Shown here in pieces: positions 61,585-64,000 of a DNA stretch of 64,000 bases. A program made the translations under genes and the position numbers. This stretch comes from Candidatus Bathyarchaeota archaeon (lineage in GTDB: Archaea > Thermoproteota > Bathyarchaeia > Bathyarchaeales > Bathycorpusculaceae): assembly GCA_963767735.1 (NCBI GenBank), contig CAVYES010000007.1, positions 288,001 to 352,000 on the forward strand. The letters run 5' to 3'. Under the pieces are notes generated by a model. The model ran no database searches and was not told the origin of the DNA. It saw only the letters and a program-made list of their open reading frames with translations. Position 1 is the stretch's first letter, and each line of letters begins with the position of its first letter.

Positions 61585-62223
61585 TTACTGTTTTTTTACT
61601 TGTTTTAGGATTGTCTTTAGGTCTTCTTGGTCAATGGCGCCTAATTCATAGAGCGTGTTAGCTATTTCGCTTATTTTCAGCAATGTATGAAGTTTTATTC
61701 CGTTTTTTTCAAGCTGTTGGTTTCCGCCTTCTTCTCTGTCTAGAAAAACGACGGCGTCTGTTACCACGCCACCTTCAGCTCTAACAGCTTCCGCAGCTTT
61801 TTTGAGAGTTAACCCAGTGGTTACTAAATCATCAATTAATAGAACTCTGTCCCCTGATGCCAAAAGTCCTTCAACTCTTCGTTCTCTTCCATGCAGTCGG
61901 ACGCCTTTGCGCACATAAAGGAAGGGTTTTTTGAGGTTATACGCAACTTGAGACGCAAAAATAATTCCGGTTAAAGGTACTCCTGCCATTCTATCAAAGT
62001 TTTTTACTCCAATCTGGTTGGTTATGTATTCAGCGTAGAAGTCGCAGATTTCTCTGAAGGCATCTGGAAAACTGGGAATTACTCTTAGATCAATGTAGTA
62101 AGGGCTTGCTTTTCCGCTAGATAGTTTGAACACTCCGAATTTTATTGCGTCAATTTTGAAGAGTATGTTTGCCATTTTGTCTTTCTTCTCTTGGGCCACT
62201 TTGTCTATTTTCAATTTTTTCAC
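61585..62223 (-). CDS. pyrE: orotate phosphoribosyltransferase
   Basis: FKLSSGKASPYYIDLR, VRK, LIDDLVTTG. Confidence 0.93.
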   Translation of the reverse strand: MKKLKIDKVAQEKKDKMANILFKIDAIKFGVFKLSSGKASPYYIDLRVIPSFPDAFREICDFYAEYITNQIGVKNFDRMAGVPLTGIIFASQVAYNLKKPFLYVRKGVRLHGRERRVEGLLASGDRVLLIDDLVTTGLTLKKAAEAVRAEGGVVTDAVVFLDREEGGNQQLEKNGIKLHTLLKISEIANTLYELGAIDQEDLKTILKQVKKQ

Positions 62224-62910
62224 TTCCTTTTTGATACCTGATAGATTTTATTTTGTTCAGGAATCAAGCATGCAGTTCTAGGCAATTCCTTCTTTATTAT
62301 TTGCGCGAATTCTGTTTGGCTAGCTGCTGATGCTGTATGATAGGGCACTGCGACTTGAGGCTTAGTTAAACGGGCTATTTCAAAGCCTGTTTGCGGCGTG
62401 GAGCCCGGCGCTATACCAACTGTGCAGAAGACAACATCGAATTTTTCTTTTTGCCCTATAGAGGCAAGTTCAGGGAAGGGTAAACTGTCTGCTGTATGGT
62501 AGACTTTGACTTCATCTTCGCTGGTTATTATGTAGGTTACTGGCGCTTCAGCATTATGGTTGCATTTTTCTGCTTTAACGGAGACTTCGCCGATTTTTAT
62601 TTCAGCGCCTGGTTTGATTTCTTGGAGTTTTTCTGGCGGGTATTGCATGTTGCAGTTTTTTAGTTGAGGCTGAATCAGCGATTATGGTACAGTTTGTTGC
62701 TTTCTGGATTTCTGTGATTAGTCTTGGGTCCAAGTGGTCATAATGCTCGTGTGTTATTAGGATTGCATCTACGTTTTGGAGGCTTTTGGGTTTGATGTCA
62801 ACAGGGTCGATGGCAAGAGTTTTGCTGGGGGTTTTTAGCATTATTCCAGCATACTGGTTGAACCAAACGAACAGTATGGTGTTTTTTTCTGGTATTTTCT
62901 GGATTGACAA
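62220..62910 (-). pseudogene. MBL-fold metallo-hydrolase with +1 frameshift at ~62638 (probable sequencing error)
   Basis: IDP, THEHYDH, YHTADS, PYH; removing one C fuses the two ORFs. Confidence 0.8.
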
Positions 62911-63092
62911 ACTTGATTCCTCAAAGATAATTATGTGCTCAGCGTTAAAGAAGTTGCGTTACTCGCCTGATTTAACCGGAAAAATGTCGGCTCATTTCAA
63001 GTTAGGAACTACTAAAATGGAATTGTTCTGTTGTTCAACAGGAAAATTGAAGTTGCGTTTTAGGAATAAAGGTTATGTAGTAATCCCAAAAT

Positions 63093-63749
63093 ATGTTAAA
63101 ATGGAGAAGGATGCCTTTTATGGGGTCATTGAAAAGTTTGGCTCAAGGCTTTCTAGTTGCAACTGGGCTAATATGGATATTCAACATCGCATCTCTCATA
63201 AGAGCTGGCGACGCTTGGCTAGGCTTAACATACGCGCTTATCTTGCTTATTCCAGTCTCCAGCATAACATATCTTAAACTGAAAAATACCAACCTCAAAA
63301 CAGCGACGGGCACATCTGAGAAATGGCGGAATTTGCTGTTTTCTTTTCAAGGCGTTGCGTTAGCCTTCTGGATGTTTGATATTGCAACAACATTCTACGC
63401 CATTAACGTTACGGGTTTAGCGGTAGAGTTGAATCCGCTCGGGTGGCCGCTTGGAATTTTAGGCGCATTCGCATATTACGCCCCCACGTTAGTTTTCGCG
63501 TATATTTTGCTCTTCAAAATGAAAGAAAGCATCGCCTTCTACGCTTCCATACCGTTAACACTGATTACCCTTGGAATGGGAGTGATGAACTTGATGGCTG
63601 CAGCACAAAACTTACAAGTGTTCGTTGACACCACTATGCTGGCAACGGGAATACGATATGGACTATTATCGTTGATTATTACGGTGAACTTGACGGTTCC
63701 GTTTGCCTTAAAAAGAACGGTAACTCAGTCTAAAGCCGTTTTGCCATAA
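63093..63749 (+). CDS. multi-pass membrane protein
   Basis: ~6 TM segments, D..TT.YA...ELNPL motif. Confidence 0.75.
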   Translation: MLKWRRMPFMGSLKSLAQGFLVATGLIWIFNIASLIRAGDAWLGLTYALILLIPVSSITYLKLKNTNLKTATGTSEKWRNLLFSFQGVALAFWMFDIATTFYAINVTGLAVELNPLGWPLGILGAFAYYAPTLVFAYILLFKMKESIAFYASIPLTLITLGMGVMNLMAAAQNLQVFVDTTMLATGIRYGLLSLIITVNLTVPFALKRTVTQSKAVLP

Positions 63750-64000
63750 CGTACGCGTCTTCGCCGTCTGAGTAATATCCATTAATGGTTCGGGTAACTT
63801 CAAATCCTAACTTTTTGTAGAGCGAAATTGCAGCGTCGTTTGTCACTCTGACTTCTAGGAAGCATTGTTTAGCTTTGTAATATTGCATGCCCTCCAAGGC
63901 TCTGGTGATTACTGCTTGGGCAATGCCCTTGCGCCTGAATTGTGGCAGAACAGCTATAGATACGACGTGTCCTTTTCTTATCAAGCCGCCGAAACCATAA
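63730..64000 (-). CDS. rimI: RimI/Ard1-like N-terminal acetyltransferase (partial, runs off the window)
   Basis: GHVVSIAV..RRKGIA, LEVRVTN..AISLY, YYSDGEDA. Confidence 0.9.
   Translation of the reverse strand, partial: YGFGGLIRKGHVVSIAVLPQFRRKGIAQAVITRALEGMQYYKAKQCFLEVRVTNDAAISLYKKLGFEVTRTINGYYSDGEDAYVMAKRL

Noticed and set aside
1593-63628. Numerous short antisense or overlapping ORFs in the supplied track
   Set aside because: Shadow ORFs of well-supported genes with no motifs

Overview
Archaeal genomic window, most likely Bathyarchaeia (inferred from TBP, Sec11, an Lhr helicase, expanded secreted PQQ-type beta-propeller proteins and frequent TTG/GTG starts). About 0-44 kb is accessory DNA. 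It contains a lysine 2,3-aminomutase paired with an EctA-like acetyltransferase, glycosyltransferases, and a fluoride riboswitch upstream of a prenyltransferase-repeat gene and a dynamin-like gene. It also has a CheB/CheR histidine kinase, tRNA-Arg(TCT) beside an atypical tyrosine integrase, a viral tail-tube relic, a defence-like cassette between two 70-bp palindromes, a tRNA-like element and TrmB/PQQ/MFS modules. About 44-64 kb is mostly housekeeping (tRNA methylthiotransferase, cysS, lplA, prs, trm11, rnz, lhr, sec11 x2, tbp, pyrE, rimI). The most unusual signal is non-coding: a conserved ~46-bp leader, present four times at two loci, each abutting a tandem array with exact 10-bp periodicity. 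The repeat word differs between arrays, and one array appears to have been added at the leader-proximal end. Many single-base homopolymer frameshifts suggest consensus errors, so several pseudogene calls are provisional.
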